64,000 nt of DNA from a virus. Within the stretch, counting starts at the first letter, position 1; each line of letters starts with the position of its first letter. Position numbers and translations under genes: made by a program. The stretch is taken from positions 9,600-73,599 of the IMG/VR virus record IMGVR_UViG_3300044678_002717. One strand, written 5' to 3'. Shown piece after piece: positions 41,342 to 50,487 of this stretch. The notes under the pieces were generated by a model that had not been told where the DNA came from, made no database searches, and was given only the letters and a program-made list of their open reading frames with translations.

Positions 41342-41400
41342 AAAAGTTATTTATTTTGATTACGAAGTAAAGATATAACGAATATATTTAATTTGCAAAT

Positions 41401-41631
41401 TTAATTTAAACTATTTTCAAATTCGATTTCCGCACATTGAAAATCATCATCCGATATATATTCAACTATTTTTCCGTCACGCATATAGTATTCCTTATTA
41501 GGTTTAGAAATTATAGTTTGTGTAGGTGCTTTGAACCAATCCTGATTTAATAACCAATCCTGATAAGATTTAGGTGTTGATAAAAAATCCTGACCTTTAT
41601 ATTTTCCGAATGCTAATTTGAAATTATTCAT
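41401..41631 (-). CDS. Early protein with FGKYKG..PxSY..WL motif (DUF3820-like)
   Basis: Start corrected; motif at N-terminus. Confidence 0.7.
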   Translation of the reverse strand: MNNFKLAFGKYKGQDFLSTPKSYQDWLLNQDWFKAPTQTIISKPNKEYYMRDGKIVEYISDDDFQCAEIEFENSLN

Positions 41632-41742
41632 GTTTTTTTGTGTTAGTGTTTCTTCCTGATGACAATACAAAGGTAGTAAAATAATTTGAATTTGCAAGTG
41701 GTAAGCGAAAATAAATTAAATTTTTTTTCTTTTTTTTTAAAA

Positions 41743-41804
41743 GACAAGCTACCCCCGATTAACCTTCCCTTCTTTTCGGGCTTCTACCATAGTGTTTCAA
41801 CGGC
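41743..41804 (-). ncRNA. Structured sRNA family, copy 1
   Basis: Promoter box 41809-41816; core GTAGAAGCCC-GAAAAGAA-GGGAAGGTTAATCGGGGGTAGCTTGTC. Confidence 0.75.
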
Positions 41805-41895
41805 ATAACAAAGGTGGCAAAAAGAAATGAGAAATGCAAATTTATTTTAAAAAAAAAGGTAGCCATTTCTGACTACCTTTGAAAGGCTTTTTGGT

Positions 41896-42369
41896 TTACC
41901 CTACCTTAATGATATTGCTTTCTTTCGGGCAAATTACCAAGGTGCTTTTACCCATTTTTTCAGCATCAGAAGCGGTAAGGTAGCTTTTAAAGGTTTCCTT
42001 ACTGATTTCCACACCATCGGCAAAGTATTGAACTTTGAGGTGGCAATTTTCAGTCGGGTAAAGCCGAATGTACCTATTGCCGTTGTGGGTAATTGTGTAG
42101 GGAAAGTGTTCCCATACACCCCAAGGTAAAGAACCAACTTCGCCCCTTGTACCATCGGCAATGCCTTCAAGTACAGGTTTTAGGTTTGCATAGTCAATAC
42201 CTGCCCTAAACACACCTTCTGTGCGCTTAGTAAGTTTGACTTCTTTGAAAGCCGCTTTTGGCTTTGCTTCGGAAACAAAGGTAGCGTTAATAAACTGACC
42301 TTTGCAATTAAAGAAGCGTTCTGCCACTCCCGACAGACCGCTTGGCACTTGGAGTGTTTCGTTTTCCAT
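41896..42369 (-). CDS. Early hypothetical protein (leaderless candidate)
   Basis: LPWGVW..FPY.ITH.G..YIRLY; ATG 4 nt after the -7 box. Confidence 0.8.
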   Translation of the reverse strand: MENETLQVPSGLSGVAERFFNCKGQFINATFVSEAKPKAAFKEVKLTKRTEGVFRAGIDYANLKPVLEGIADGTRGEVGSLPWGVWEHFPYTITHNGNRYIRLYPTENCHLKVQYFADGVEISKETFKSYLTASDAEKMGKSTLVICPKESNIIKVG

Positions 42370-42449
42370 AAGACAAAGGTGAGAAAAAGTAACGAGAAAA
42401 AAAAGTCTTTTTTTGCAAAAAACTTACATTAAATCATGTAAGGTATTTT

Positions 42450-42519
42450 AAAAAAAAAAGGGCAAGCTACCCCCGATTAACCTTCCCTTGTTTCGGGCTT
42501 CTGCCACCTCGATGATGAC
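42450..42519 (-). ncRNA. Structured sRNA family, copy 2
   Basis: Promoter box 42524-42531; conserved core; T-run. Confidence 0.75.
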
Positions 42520-42613
42520 AATACAAAGGTATGCATTTCCAATGACATTTCCAAATTTAATTTAAAAAAAAGGACTGATATAAATCAGCCCCTCAAATTT
42601 GGTTTTCTCAGGA

Positions 42614-42820
42614 TTATCTTGTAAAGATAAATCCGTTGTGGATTGGATGCCAAGCACCTGTTTTCCGCACTAAGGTTTTTACACCTTGGCAAGTAATAAA
42701 GCATTCAGTTAATTGGTTGTTTTGGATATACTTTACAACCTTTGCTTGGGTTTCAGTCATTGACTTTGCCTGAAGTGTGAACCTTTTGCCGTTATCGAAT
42801 TGAAGTTTGTAAGTGAACAT
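42614..42820 (-). CDS. Early hypothetical protein
   Basis: Own promoter and terminator. Confidence 0.75.
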   Translation of the reverse strand: MFTYKLQFDNGKRFTLQAKSMTETQAKVVKYIQNNQLTECFITCQGVKTLVRKTGAWHPIHNGFIFTR

Positions 42821-42937
42821 ATCTTGTTGTTTTTAATTGATATGCGAAGGTATGTGTTTTCAATGACATTTCCAAATTTAATTTAAAAAAAAGGGTAGCC
42901 ATTTCTGACTACCTTGCTGATTGCTTTGCTTATCAGA

Positions 42938-43315
42938 TTAAATGAAATCTGATTTCTCTTCCCATTTCTTTTGGGCAAAGGCATTGCCTTCGATATCATC
43001 ATTGGCAACCACCAAACCTGTAACTTTGGTTCTTCCTTCGCCAAATTTGGCTTCCCAAAGGTATGCATTGGCTTCCACAATCCTTTCGTTTGAGAAAGCC
43101 ACACCGCATTTGTAAATGCCATCTGACTCAGGTGGCATACCATACCACTTGAATTTATCCCAACCACCAAGGGTTGATGATTCGCTATCTAATGTGCCGT
43201 GCAAATACACCCAAGGTGTATAAGACAAAACAACAAGGGTATTCTTACCAAAGGTAGCCATTGGTTCGCCTGACTCCATTAGAGTAGGGAAGATTAATTT
43301 AGGGGAGTTTGACAT
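42938..43315 (-). CDS. Early hypothetical protein
   Basis: Own promoter, hairpin leader and terminator. Confidence 0.75.
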   Translation of the reverse strand: MSNSPKLIFPTLMESGEPMATFGKNTLVVLSYTPWVYLHGTLDSESSTLGGWDKFKWYGMPPESDGIYKCGVAFSNERIVEANAYLWEAKFGEGRTKVTGLVVANDDIEGNAFAQKKWEEKSDFI

Positions 43316-43456
43316 ATGCGAAGGGGGTTAAGAGTGCCATCACCGTGATGACAATACAAAGGTAGTAAAATAAATTGAATTTGCAAGTGGTAAGTGAAAA
43401 TAAATTAAAAAAAATGGAAGTATTTCTACTTCCATTCTGATTGGGTTTGCTTTAGG

Positions 43457-43750
43457 TTATTCTATTTCAGAAACATCGTAACCCATTTCTCTTAGCTTTT
43501 CGATAATGCAGCGAGGCAAGGCAAATACACCATCGTAATCAACGATTGTCATTCCTTTAAACCATATGCCACCTTCAGCATACCATTCATCACCTCCGGT
43601 CTCTACATCGTATATTTCAAACCAACCATAATCATCGGAATTGATTCCAATGGTAACCTGAAGTTCGATATCGTTTTGCTCTTTAATTGTGCCAAACGAG
43701 TTTTCAAGTGAAAGACTTTCGGTGGCGATAAATTCAATTTCCATTTTCAT
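43457..43750 (-). CDS. Early acidic hypothetical protein
   Basis: Start corrected; DYDGVFALP. Confidence 0.75.
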   Translation of the reverse strand: MKMEIEFIATESLSLENSFGTIKEQNDIELQVTIGINSDDYGWFEIYDVETGGDEWYAEGGIWFKGMTIVDYDGVFALPRCIIEKLREMGYDVSEIE

Positions 43751-43828
43751 AAGTGTTATTGTTTTTAATTGATATGCGAAGGTATGTATTTTGAATGAGA
43801 CTACCAAATTTATTTTAAAATAATTTCC

Positions 43829-44023
43829 TTATACCATTTGCTCTAACATATACCGAATGCTTTCAAGTTTATCTCTTTCTATATCAATTTCTCCACAAGA
43901 GGTTTGTGCAATCCAAGTATTGCTTCGATATTGTTTCATTATATTTACTTCTTTCCCATTTACTATGGTCGTATAATCACCACCACCTTGCTTGTATGTT
44001 TTTTTGAACTTTAGAGATGCCAT
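43829..44023 (-). CDS. Early hypothetical protein (MASLKF...)
   Basis: Start corrected to follow the promoter at 44050. Confidence 0.7.
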   Translation of the reverse strand: MASLKFKKTYKQGGGDYTTIVNGKEVNIMKQYRSNTWIAQTSCGEIDIERDKLESIRYMLEQMV

Positions 44024-44087
44024 TGTTTTTGTTGTTTTTAATTGATATGCGAAGGTATGTATTTTGAATGAGACTACCAAATTTATT

Positions 44088-44237
44088 TTAAAATCTTTTT
44101 GGGCCACTACACCTTGCTGAATGGGTTTGATTCCAACCACGCTTATGTGGATTCTTTTGAGCATGGTAACCGATTCTATTATCCACCGCACAAGATGCAA
44201 GGCAAACAAGGATTAAAAGCGCAATTATGTTTTTCAT
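44088..44237 (-). CDS. 49-aa lipoprotein
   Basis: MKNIIALLILVCLAS|C lipobox; not in ORF track. Confidence 0.65.
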   Translation of the reverse strand: MKNIIALLILVCLASCAVDNRIGYHAQKNPHKRGWNQTHSARCSGPKRF

Positions 44238-44356
44238 TTTACCGCAATTAAGATGATTTTACAAATGATTATAAATATTCCGAATGAAATACCCACAAAA
44301 GTGAATGCATCATAAAACATATTCATTCTACGCTGTTGTTTAAAGAAGTCTTCCAT
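44234..44356 (-). CDS. 40-aa membrane peptide
   Basis: MEDFFKQQ... with C-terminal TM helix; ATGA overlap. Confidence 0.55.
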   Translation of the reverse strand: MEDFFKQQRRMNMFYDAFTFVGISFGIFIIICKIILIAVK

Positions 44357-44408
44357 TGTTTTAGTATTTAATTTGATGTGTGAAAGATTTGATATTTCCA
44401 AATTTATT

Positions 44409-44516
44409 TTACCAAGGTTCTATTTGACCAATATATTCAACAAATTTAATAGCTGTGTAGCACAACATACCAACAATGGCAATGACTACAAGGGTTTCGA
44501 TTAATGTCTTTTTCAT
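44409..44516 (-). CDS. 35-aa peptide resembling a type IV pilin N-terminal helix
   Basis: MKKTLIETLVVIAIVGMLCYTAIKFVEYIGQIEPW; own promoter at 44540. Confidence 0.6.
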   Translation of the reverse strand: MKKTLIETLVVIAIVGMLCYTAIKFVEYIGQIEPW

Positions 44517-44646
44517 ATTCTTAATGTTTTAATCTGATACAAATATAAGTGAAAGATTTGAGACTACCAAATTTATTTTACTTCAAACATAAAATTTATT
44601 TTAAAATAAATTTGGAAATATCATTTCCTTTGCATACATTTGTATT

Positions 44647-44718
44647 GTCTTACAGCGAATGGGGCAGAAGCCGGAGAAAACGGAAGGTTCATCGCAGGTA
44701 ACTTGTCCTCTTTTTTTT
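44647..44718 (+). ncRNA. Structured sRNA family, copy 4
   Basis: Promoter TTTGG..TACATTTG (44635); CCG/CGG compensatory pair; T-run. Confidence 0.75.
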
Positions 44719-44742
44719 ATATATGGGCAAAAAAAAATGCCC

Positions 44743-44886
44743 TTAGAAGGGCAATTCAATCTTTTCTTCGATTGTCAGAGGGCTTTCTTCGATTTCCTCT
44801 GTGGCTTCCCTGATTAGGTTTCTTGCCATTTCCATAATCATTGCCTCATTTTCAAGTTCTTCGATGCTGATGCGATAGTCTGTCAT
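44743..44886 (-). CDS. 47-aa acidic peptide ending ELPF
   Basis: MTDYRISIEELENE...; own promoter at 44909. Confidence 0.6.
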   Translation of the reverse strand: MTDYRISIEELENEAMIMEMARNLIREATEEIEESPLTIEEKIELPF

Positions 44887-44946
44887 AATTGTTTTGTTTT
44901 TGATGATACAAATGTAATACGGATTTCTGATATTTCCAAATTTAAT

Positions 44947-45180
44947 TTAAAATTTTGTTTCAGCATAAAACTGCTCATAAGCGTGTGTATATTTTTTATC
45001 ATCAAAATAAACATCACCATAACCCAATCTAACACCAAAGGTAATTGCCTTTGCGGTTTGAGCATTCTCATAAGGTTTGATAAATTGTTTGTAAAAATCT
45101 AAATCAGATTGAGTAATTTGCCGACCATTATCTAATGATTTCTGAATTTCGCTGATGATAAGTTCTACTGCTGTTGTCAT
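44947..45180 (-). CDS. Early hypothetical protein (MTTAVE...)
   Basis: Start corrected; leader identical to the previous cassette. Confidence 0.7.
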   Translation of the reverse strand: MTTAVELIISEIQKSLDNGRQITQSDLDFYKQFIKPYENAQTAKAITFGVRLGYGDVYFDDKKYTHAYEQFYAETKF

Positions 45181-45236
45181 AATTGTTTTTGTTTTTGATG
45201 ATACAAATGTAATACGGATTTCTGATATTTCCAAAT

Positions 45237-45347
45237 TTATTTAAAAAAACTTTGGATAATTAGTGAAGCCACAAAGGTCAGGAACATATTCCGTAAAGCC
45301 TTCTTTTGGTCAGATGGCATATTCATTAGGTCTTGAATGTCTTGCAT
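45237..45347 (-). CDS. 36-aa membrane peptide
   Basis: MQDIQDL...; stop lies inside the next promoter repeat. Confidence 0.5.
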   Translation of the reverse strand: MQDIQDLMNMPSDQKKALRNMFLTFVASLIIQSFFK

Positions 45348-45464
45348 TTTGTTGTTGTTTTAATTTGATAATGTAAAAGTATGGCAAAGATTTGATATTT
45401 CCAAATTTATTTTAAAAAAAAGGACTGATATTTATCAGCCCTTCAGATTTGGATTTGTCAGGAT

Positions 45465-46337
45465 TTATGCTAACAAGGTAGCAAGTTCATTTACCAACTT
45501 GAAAGCATCATCGGTTATCTTTTGATTACCACCTAAAAGGTTTCCATAGGCATCAGTACTGAACTTTTTGTGGGTTGTGAAGTGTGTTACTCCGTTGAAT
45601 GCACCGAATAAGTTCATTCCCAAATCATTGGTTTCCCTTGTAAAGGATTCCATTAGGTCTGCTTTGCGCCTTCCGGTTGATGATGGCAAGATATTCTCTT
45701 TCAGCAACTTTTCATCAATGTTGAGAAGTCGGTTTGCAAGGCCATCCAAAATGGCATGGTCAATTTCAATTTCGGATAGCTTTTTGAGTTGCAATGCTTC
45801 CCTTTCCTTTTCTTCCCTGAAGCCTTTTACAAGGTCAATAAACATTTCAATTCGGAAGTCTTGATTCTTTGTATGGCGAACCTTCAGACCTTGCATAACC
45901 CTGCCCCAAGCATTGTGGCAACGAAGTAGAATGTTTACAGAACCCACAAAGATTGGTGTTGTACCATTGTGGGAATTACCGAAAACAAGGTAGTTTTCTG
46001 ATGGCAAACCCAAATGTTTGTGTACCATATCATCTGTTGCTTTCAGATAGGCAAGTACCTTTTCACCTTCCCTGAATTCAGCAAACCCTTCCAAAGCATA
46101 ACCACTTGCTTCAGACAATTTGTAAGCATAATCTACAAATGCTGAATTCTTTGTTTCCTTGTAGGTTGCATTGGTCAGGTGCAAGGTTCTACCATTGTCA
46201 GACCTTTTCAGGGCAACATAATCATCTTCAGGTACATATAGACCTGCCTTGTTGATTGTCATTGGTGTATGCCTTTGAACTTCCCAATTTAAAGAATCCT
46301 TAAAATCCTTTACTGCATTACTTGTGCTTTTTGCCAT
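45465..46337 (-). CDS. DUF932/DUF945-family protein
   Basis: LNWEV, NSHNG, LRCHNA, VRHT, FGAFNGVT. Confidence 0.8.
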   Translation of the reverse strand: MAKSTSNAVKDFKDSLNWEVQRHTPMTINKAGLYVPEDDYVALKRSDNGRTLHLTNATYKETKNSAFVDYAYKLSEASGYALEGFAEFREGEKVLAYLKATDDMVHKHLGLPSENYLVFGNSHNGTTPIFVGSVNILLRCHNAWGRVMQGLKVRHTKNQDFRIEMFIDLVKGFREEKEREALQLKKLSEIEIDHAILDGLANRLLNIDEKLLKENILPSSTGRRKADLMESFTRETNDLGMNLFGAFNGVTHFTTHKKFSTDAYGNLLGGNQKITDDAFKLVNELATLLA

Positions 46338-46409
46338 AATTGTTTTGTTTATTATTTATTGTTTGATGATACAAAGGTAAACGAAAGATTCGACAATTCC
46401 AAATTTATT

Positions 46410-46652
46410 TTAAAATAAACTAATATGAGTGGCTTGTACTTCTTTCCACAAAGAAAGGTGTAATTTACCCAATACTGATAAATTAACACAATTTGGACTT
46501 TCATCAACTTTAATAGTTTCATTATCTTTGGGTAAAGAAATGTAACCAAGGCAATCTTTTGGGTTGCTATAAAGACTTATGGAATAATCACTTTCCATAA
46601 TTGCATACCTTTCGATTACTGACTGAGGGATTTGACTTAGGATGTTTTGCAT
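46410..46652 (-). CDS. Early hypothetical protein
   Basis: Cassette structure. Confidence 0.7.
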   Translation of the reverse strand: MQNILSQIPQSVIERYAIMESDYSISLYSNPKDCLGYISLPKDNETIKVDESPNCVNLSVLGKLHLSLWKEVQATHISLF

Positions 46653-46696
46653 AATTGTTATTGTTTGATTACAGAGGCAAATGTATAATGAATATT

Positions 46697-46891
46697 TTAA
46701 TTTTCCAAATTTATTTTAAAATCTTTGCAAAAAAGTTCAAACTCTTTATTTGGGTCAATCTTTTCACCCAATCCAAAATAATGAATCAGATACTTTGCAA
46801 AGGCAATCTGAATGTTCCTTACTTCCTGATTAGGATTTACCATTGCATCTGATAGATGCGACTGAATAACCATGCTGACTTGTACTTTCAT
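46697..46891 (-). CDS. Early hypothetical protein
   Basis: Start corrected (MKVQVSM); cassette structure. Confidence 0.7.
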   Translation of the reverse strand: MKVQVSMVIQSHLSDAMVNPNQEVRNIQIAFAKYLIHYFGLGEKIDPNKEFELFCKDFKINLEN

Positions 46892-46974
46892 ATTTTCTTG
46901 TTGTTTGATTACAGAGGCAAATGTATAACGAATATATTTAATATGCAAATTTATTTTAAAATATTTTTATATAT

Positions 46975-47045
46975 AAAAAAAAGGACAAGTTACCCCCGAT
47001 TAACCTTCCCTTCTTTTCGGGCTTCTGCCATAGTGTTTCAATGAC
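46975..47045 (-). ncRNA. Structured sRNA family, copy 3
   Basis: Promoter box 47050-47057; nearly identical to copy 1; T-run. Confidence 0.75.
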
Positions 47046-47149
47046 AATACAAAGGTAAGTAAAAGAAATGATATTTCCAAATTTATTTTAAAAAAAATTC
47101 CCTCCGAAATTCAGAGGGAATTTTCAAATGAATCATATGTCCTAAACTT

Positions 47150-47413
47150 TTACATTTCCAATAGCTTTTGAATTGCTTCTTCAATTTGTTCTTCTGACTG
47201 CCAACCAAGTATTTCATCGTGTTCTGATAGCATAATAAATTCGGGATTTCCTTTATGCCAAGCAGCCATTTCAAATGAATTTCTGCCATTGCCATACAAT
47301 CCTGTTCCTCCCACAATGGAAATCATTATTCCGTTTGGTAGTTCGTGCAATGCCTGTACTGCATCGGGCATCTTATTTGCGTGGGGCTTGAAAACTAAAT
47401 CTTGAAATGTCAT
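47150..47413 (-). CDS. Early hypothetical protein
   Basis: MTFQDLVFKPH..PNG..ISIV..YG...FEMA. Confidence 0.75.
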   Translation of the reverse strand: MTFQDLVFKPHANKMPDAVQALHELPNGIMISIVGGTGLYGNGRNSFEMAAWHKGNPEFIMLSEHDEILGWQSEEQIEEAIQKLLEM

Positions 47414-47476
47414 ATGTTTTTGTTTTTTGATTACGATGTAAATTACGGAATAATAATCGAGAATTGCAAATTTATT

Positions 47477-47800
47477 TTAAAATTTATTGAATCCTTTTTC
47501 TTCGTACTTTCCTGCCAATGTTTTAGCAACCAAACCACTAACAGCAAAACCAAGCGGAATCCAAATCATCGTTTTTTGTGTTTTACCTAAATGGTAACCT
47601 AATATTGCACTTGCAAAAGCACCTGCAACAAGACCATCACCAATGCCATTTAAGACCTTTGCTTTGGTAAGGTTTAATTTGATTTCCCTTTGTACTGAAT
47701 CCTTTCTTTGCTTACAAGGGTTCATACAAGTGTTGTAATTGGTTTGAGCCATTGCTGAACCCGAAACCATTAGTGCGAATGCTATTAGTGTTTTTTTCAT
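47477..47800 (-). CDS. Secreted/membrane early protein (leaderless candidate)
   Basis: Signal SAMA|QT; two C-terminal hydrophobic helices. Confidence 0.75.
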   Translation of the reverse strand: MKKTLIAFALMVSGSAMAQTNYNTCMNPCKQRKDSVQREIKLNLTKAKVLNGIGDGLVAGAFASAILGYHLGKTQKTMIWIPLGFAVSGLVAKTLAGKYEEKGFNKF

Positions 47801-47876
47801 ATGACAAATGTATGTAAAATTAAATTAAATTCCAAATTTATTTTAAAAAAAAAGGGAAGATTTCTCTTCCCAAATT

Positions 47877-48056
47877 TTATTTTGTTTTCTCTGTTAAATT
47901 TAATAATTCTAATACTTCTTCAATTTGCATTTGCAAATACTCCTTTGTAATGATGGAGTTTTTAGGAAAGTTTTCCTTTTCAATAAGGTCAATGTAATGA
48001 CCTAATGCTTGACCAATCACATACTTGTGAAACCCTGTTAATGCTACTTTTTTCAT
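47877..48056 (-). CDS. 59-aa early protein
   Basis: MKKVALTGFHKY...; own promoter; below the track cutoff. Confidence 0.6.
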   Translation of the reverse strand: MKKVALTGFHKYVIGQALGHYIDLIEKENFPKNSIITKEYLQMQIEEVLELLNLTEKTK

Positions 48057-48166
48057 TTTGTTTTTGTTTTAATTTGATGTTACAAATGTAATACGAAGAT
48101 TTTAATTTTCCAAATTTATTTTAAAATAAATGGGCTGATTTTTCTCAGCCCAATTTAAGTTATTGA

Positions 48167-48664
48167 TTATGAGTGCATATCAACAAACACAAACCAAATT
48201 TTGTCGCCATCGGTTGTTGAATGTGTTAGGTCTGTAAAACCGCATTCATCATATTTGTAAGAAAAGAAACAATCATCTTTCATACAATCAAAAGGATTTT
48301 CTCTAAATGGATGTGCTTCGGATAAATGCTCCGCATACTTTGACAATGACCATAGTTCGTGTGAATCCCATTCAGTTAAATTAAAGTTGCCTTCTGCAAA
48401 TTTATCTTCTGCAATTTTACCATACCAACTTGATTTAATCCATCCATTCACACATTCATTGATTTGCTCAATGGTAGCAATATCGGTATCTTTGGGTTGG
48501 TATCTTCCATCCCCTGCATTGTAAACTTCATTATCTTCCGATACTGCACCACATATAGTTCGCCAATTATTTTCATTACCGAAATCCATTATTAGGATTT
48601 CAACTTCTTTACAAGCCTGTTCTCCCGAATCAGCTTTTACTTTTACTAAATGTAAGTTATGCAT
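48167..48664 (-). CDS. Early hypothetical protein
   Basis: MH start and DMHS end; cassette structure. Confidence 0.8.
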   Translation of the reverse strand: MHNLHLVKVKADSGEQACKEVEILIMDFGNENNWRTICGAVSEDNEVYNAGDGRYQPKDTDIATIEQINECVNGWIKSSWYGKIAEDKFAEGNFNLTEWDSHELWSLSKYAEHLSEAHPFRENPFDCMKDDCFFSYKYDECGFTDLTHSTTDGDKIWFVFVDMHS

Positions 48665-48931
48665 ATTGTTTTTTGATTACGATACAAAGATAAGTAAAAG
48701 AAACTTAATATCCAAATTTATTTTGATTTCTTTTTTGCTCATTGCGGTCATACTTCTTTTTATCCTTACCTACCTTTGTGGTAAAACGAGAATCCAAACC
48801 CGAATCCCTTTTAAGGATTTCCCTTTTGATTTTGCCGTAATTGATAGTGTTACTTGTCATTTTGCTTTTGTTTTTGATGCTACAAAGGTAAGTAGGATAA
48901 ATGAGAAAAACAAATTTATTTTAAAATAATT

Positions 48932-49126
48932 TTAGTCTTCAATCTTCTTTTCAAGTATGTAAAAGAAGTAACAGACAATTCCCATTGGTATTCCCATTAC
49001 AAACCAAATGATTGCGAACATATCCCAATTAGGTTTTGCACCTGATTCTTCTGCAAACTTTACCATTGTGGGAAGTAAGAGCCACAAAGCCATTATTGTG
49101 AATGATAAATAAGTGAACTTTTTCAT
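48932..49126 (-). CDS. Two-TM small membrane protein
   Basis: Start corrected. Confidence 0.7.
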   Translation of the reverse strand: MKKFTYLSFTIMALWLLLPTMVKFAEESGAKPNWDMFAIIWFVMGIPMGIVCYFFYILEKKIED

Positions 49127-49467
49127 AATTGTTTTTTGATTTTGATTACGATACAAATGTAAGTGAAAGTTTTGACAATTCCAAATTTATTTTAATTTAT
49201 TTTTCTCTTTTAATTCCTCCATTAAAAGAATCAAAAATAAAATAAATGAGAATCCAAATATAAAACTCATTACAATAATATTTCCAATATCCTGAAGGCA
49301 AAAAAGAAAAAAGGATGAGGAAAGACAAGCCATACCAATAAGAATCAATGCGATGTTTTTCATAATGTTACAAAGGTAAGTAAAAGATTTTAATTTTCCA
49401 AATTTATTTTAAAAAAAAGGCAACCATTTCTGATTGCCTTATTCTTAAAGTCTACTTTTATTTTAGA

Positions 49468-49869
49468 TTAAAGTTCGTTTGGGGCTGCTTCTTTAACAAT
49501 CACACGAAGAACCGAAGCATTGAGGCGAGAGCCTTCTCTGTTCACCGCATCAATCACGATTGAGAATGCGATGTTTGAGAACCTTTTCTTTCCCGAAAGG
49601 ATTGCATTGGCAATAGCACCATTAACCAACTTATCCTTACGAAGCGGAAAATCGGAGTGAGGGAACGAAATTTGCGCTTTGCCATCATTGGCTTGTGCGT
49701 AATCAATCGCAGCCTTCATCTTGTCGAACACGGCTTGTACTGCCGGACTTAGGGTTTTTCCACCCCTTGCTGAACGGATGTTTTCATCAAAAGATTGAAC
49801 TTCGATGTTTGCAACTTGTGCGGTAACCTCTCCCGATTCCTGCACATTAGACTTAGATTTGTTTGACAT
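49468..49869 (-). CDS. Early hypothetical protein
   Basis: Start corrected; visibly higher GC than the core genes. Confidence 0.75.
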   Translation of the reverse strand: MSNKSKSNVQESGEVTAQVANIEVQSFDENIRSARGGKTLSPAVQAVFDKMKAAIDYAQANDGKAQISFPHSDFPLRKDKLVNGAIANAILSGKKRFSNIAFSIVIDAVNREGSRLNASVLRVIVKEAAPNEL

Positions 49870-49944
49870 AATCTTTATTGTTTTTGTTTGATGATGCAAA
49901 GGTATGTAATTGAAATGACTTTTGCAAATTTTTTTTCAACTTTT

Positions 49945-50217
49945 TTAATTCATGCAAATTTGATTCATTTTGGTTGCCCAAAACTTGGCAACAAATTCCC
50001 AAACCATATCCGCATAATAAGGAGTACCATTGTCGCAAAGGAAATAGTAAATATCATTTTCAGTAAACAGATTGAAATTATCTGTAATGTATTCTCTGAT
50101 TACTTCTTTGGTATTCCAATCCATAAAGGCAATGGATAAAATGTTTTGAGCATTGTCATAATTGACTTCGATGATTCCACCGATTACATACTCTCCAATT
50201 CTGAATGTCTTTTTCAT
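49945..50217 (-). CDS. Early hypothetical protein
   Basis: Start corrected (MKKTFRIGEY). Confidence 0.7.
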   Translation of the reverse strand: MKKTFRIGEYVIGGIIEVNYDNAQNILSIAFMDWNTKEVIREYITDNFNLFTENDIYYFLCDNGTPYYADMVWEFVAKFWATKMNQICMN

Positions 50218-50346
50218 ATCATTTGTTTTTGATAAGACAAAGGTATGTAATTGAAATGACTTTTCCAAATTACAATGAAAAATAAATGAAATATTTTTTT
50301 TTAAAATAAATTTGGAAATATCGAATCTTTCACTTACTTTTGTATT

Positions 50347-50420
50347 GCATTACAGATGATGGTGTAGAAGCCCGATGCAAGGGAAGGTTCATCGCCTGTA
50401 ACTTGTCCTTACTTTTTTTT
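50347..50420 (+). ncRNA. Structured sRNA family, copy 5
   Basis: Promoter TTTGG..TACTTTTG (50335); TTACAGATGATG pairs with CATCGCCTGTAA; T-run. Confidence 0.75.
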
Positions 50421-50487
50421 AGTGCAATGCAAAAAAAATTCCCGACACTTTTTTGTCGGGAATCCTAAATTTTGTCGGGAATGATTT

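Noticed and set aside
44647-44718. Hairpin or hammerhead ribozyme identity for the sRNA
   Set aside because: AGAA and GUC are present but the flanking helices and loop B do not fit; no CUGANGA/GAAA core
41748-47031. sRNA copies as a micro-peptide M(A/V)EARKEGKVNRG
   Set aside because: Present only in copies 1 and 3; a 1-nt loop difference shifts the frame in copies 2, 4 and 5 while base pairing is kept
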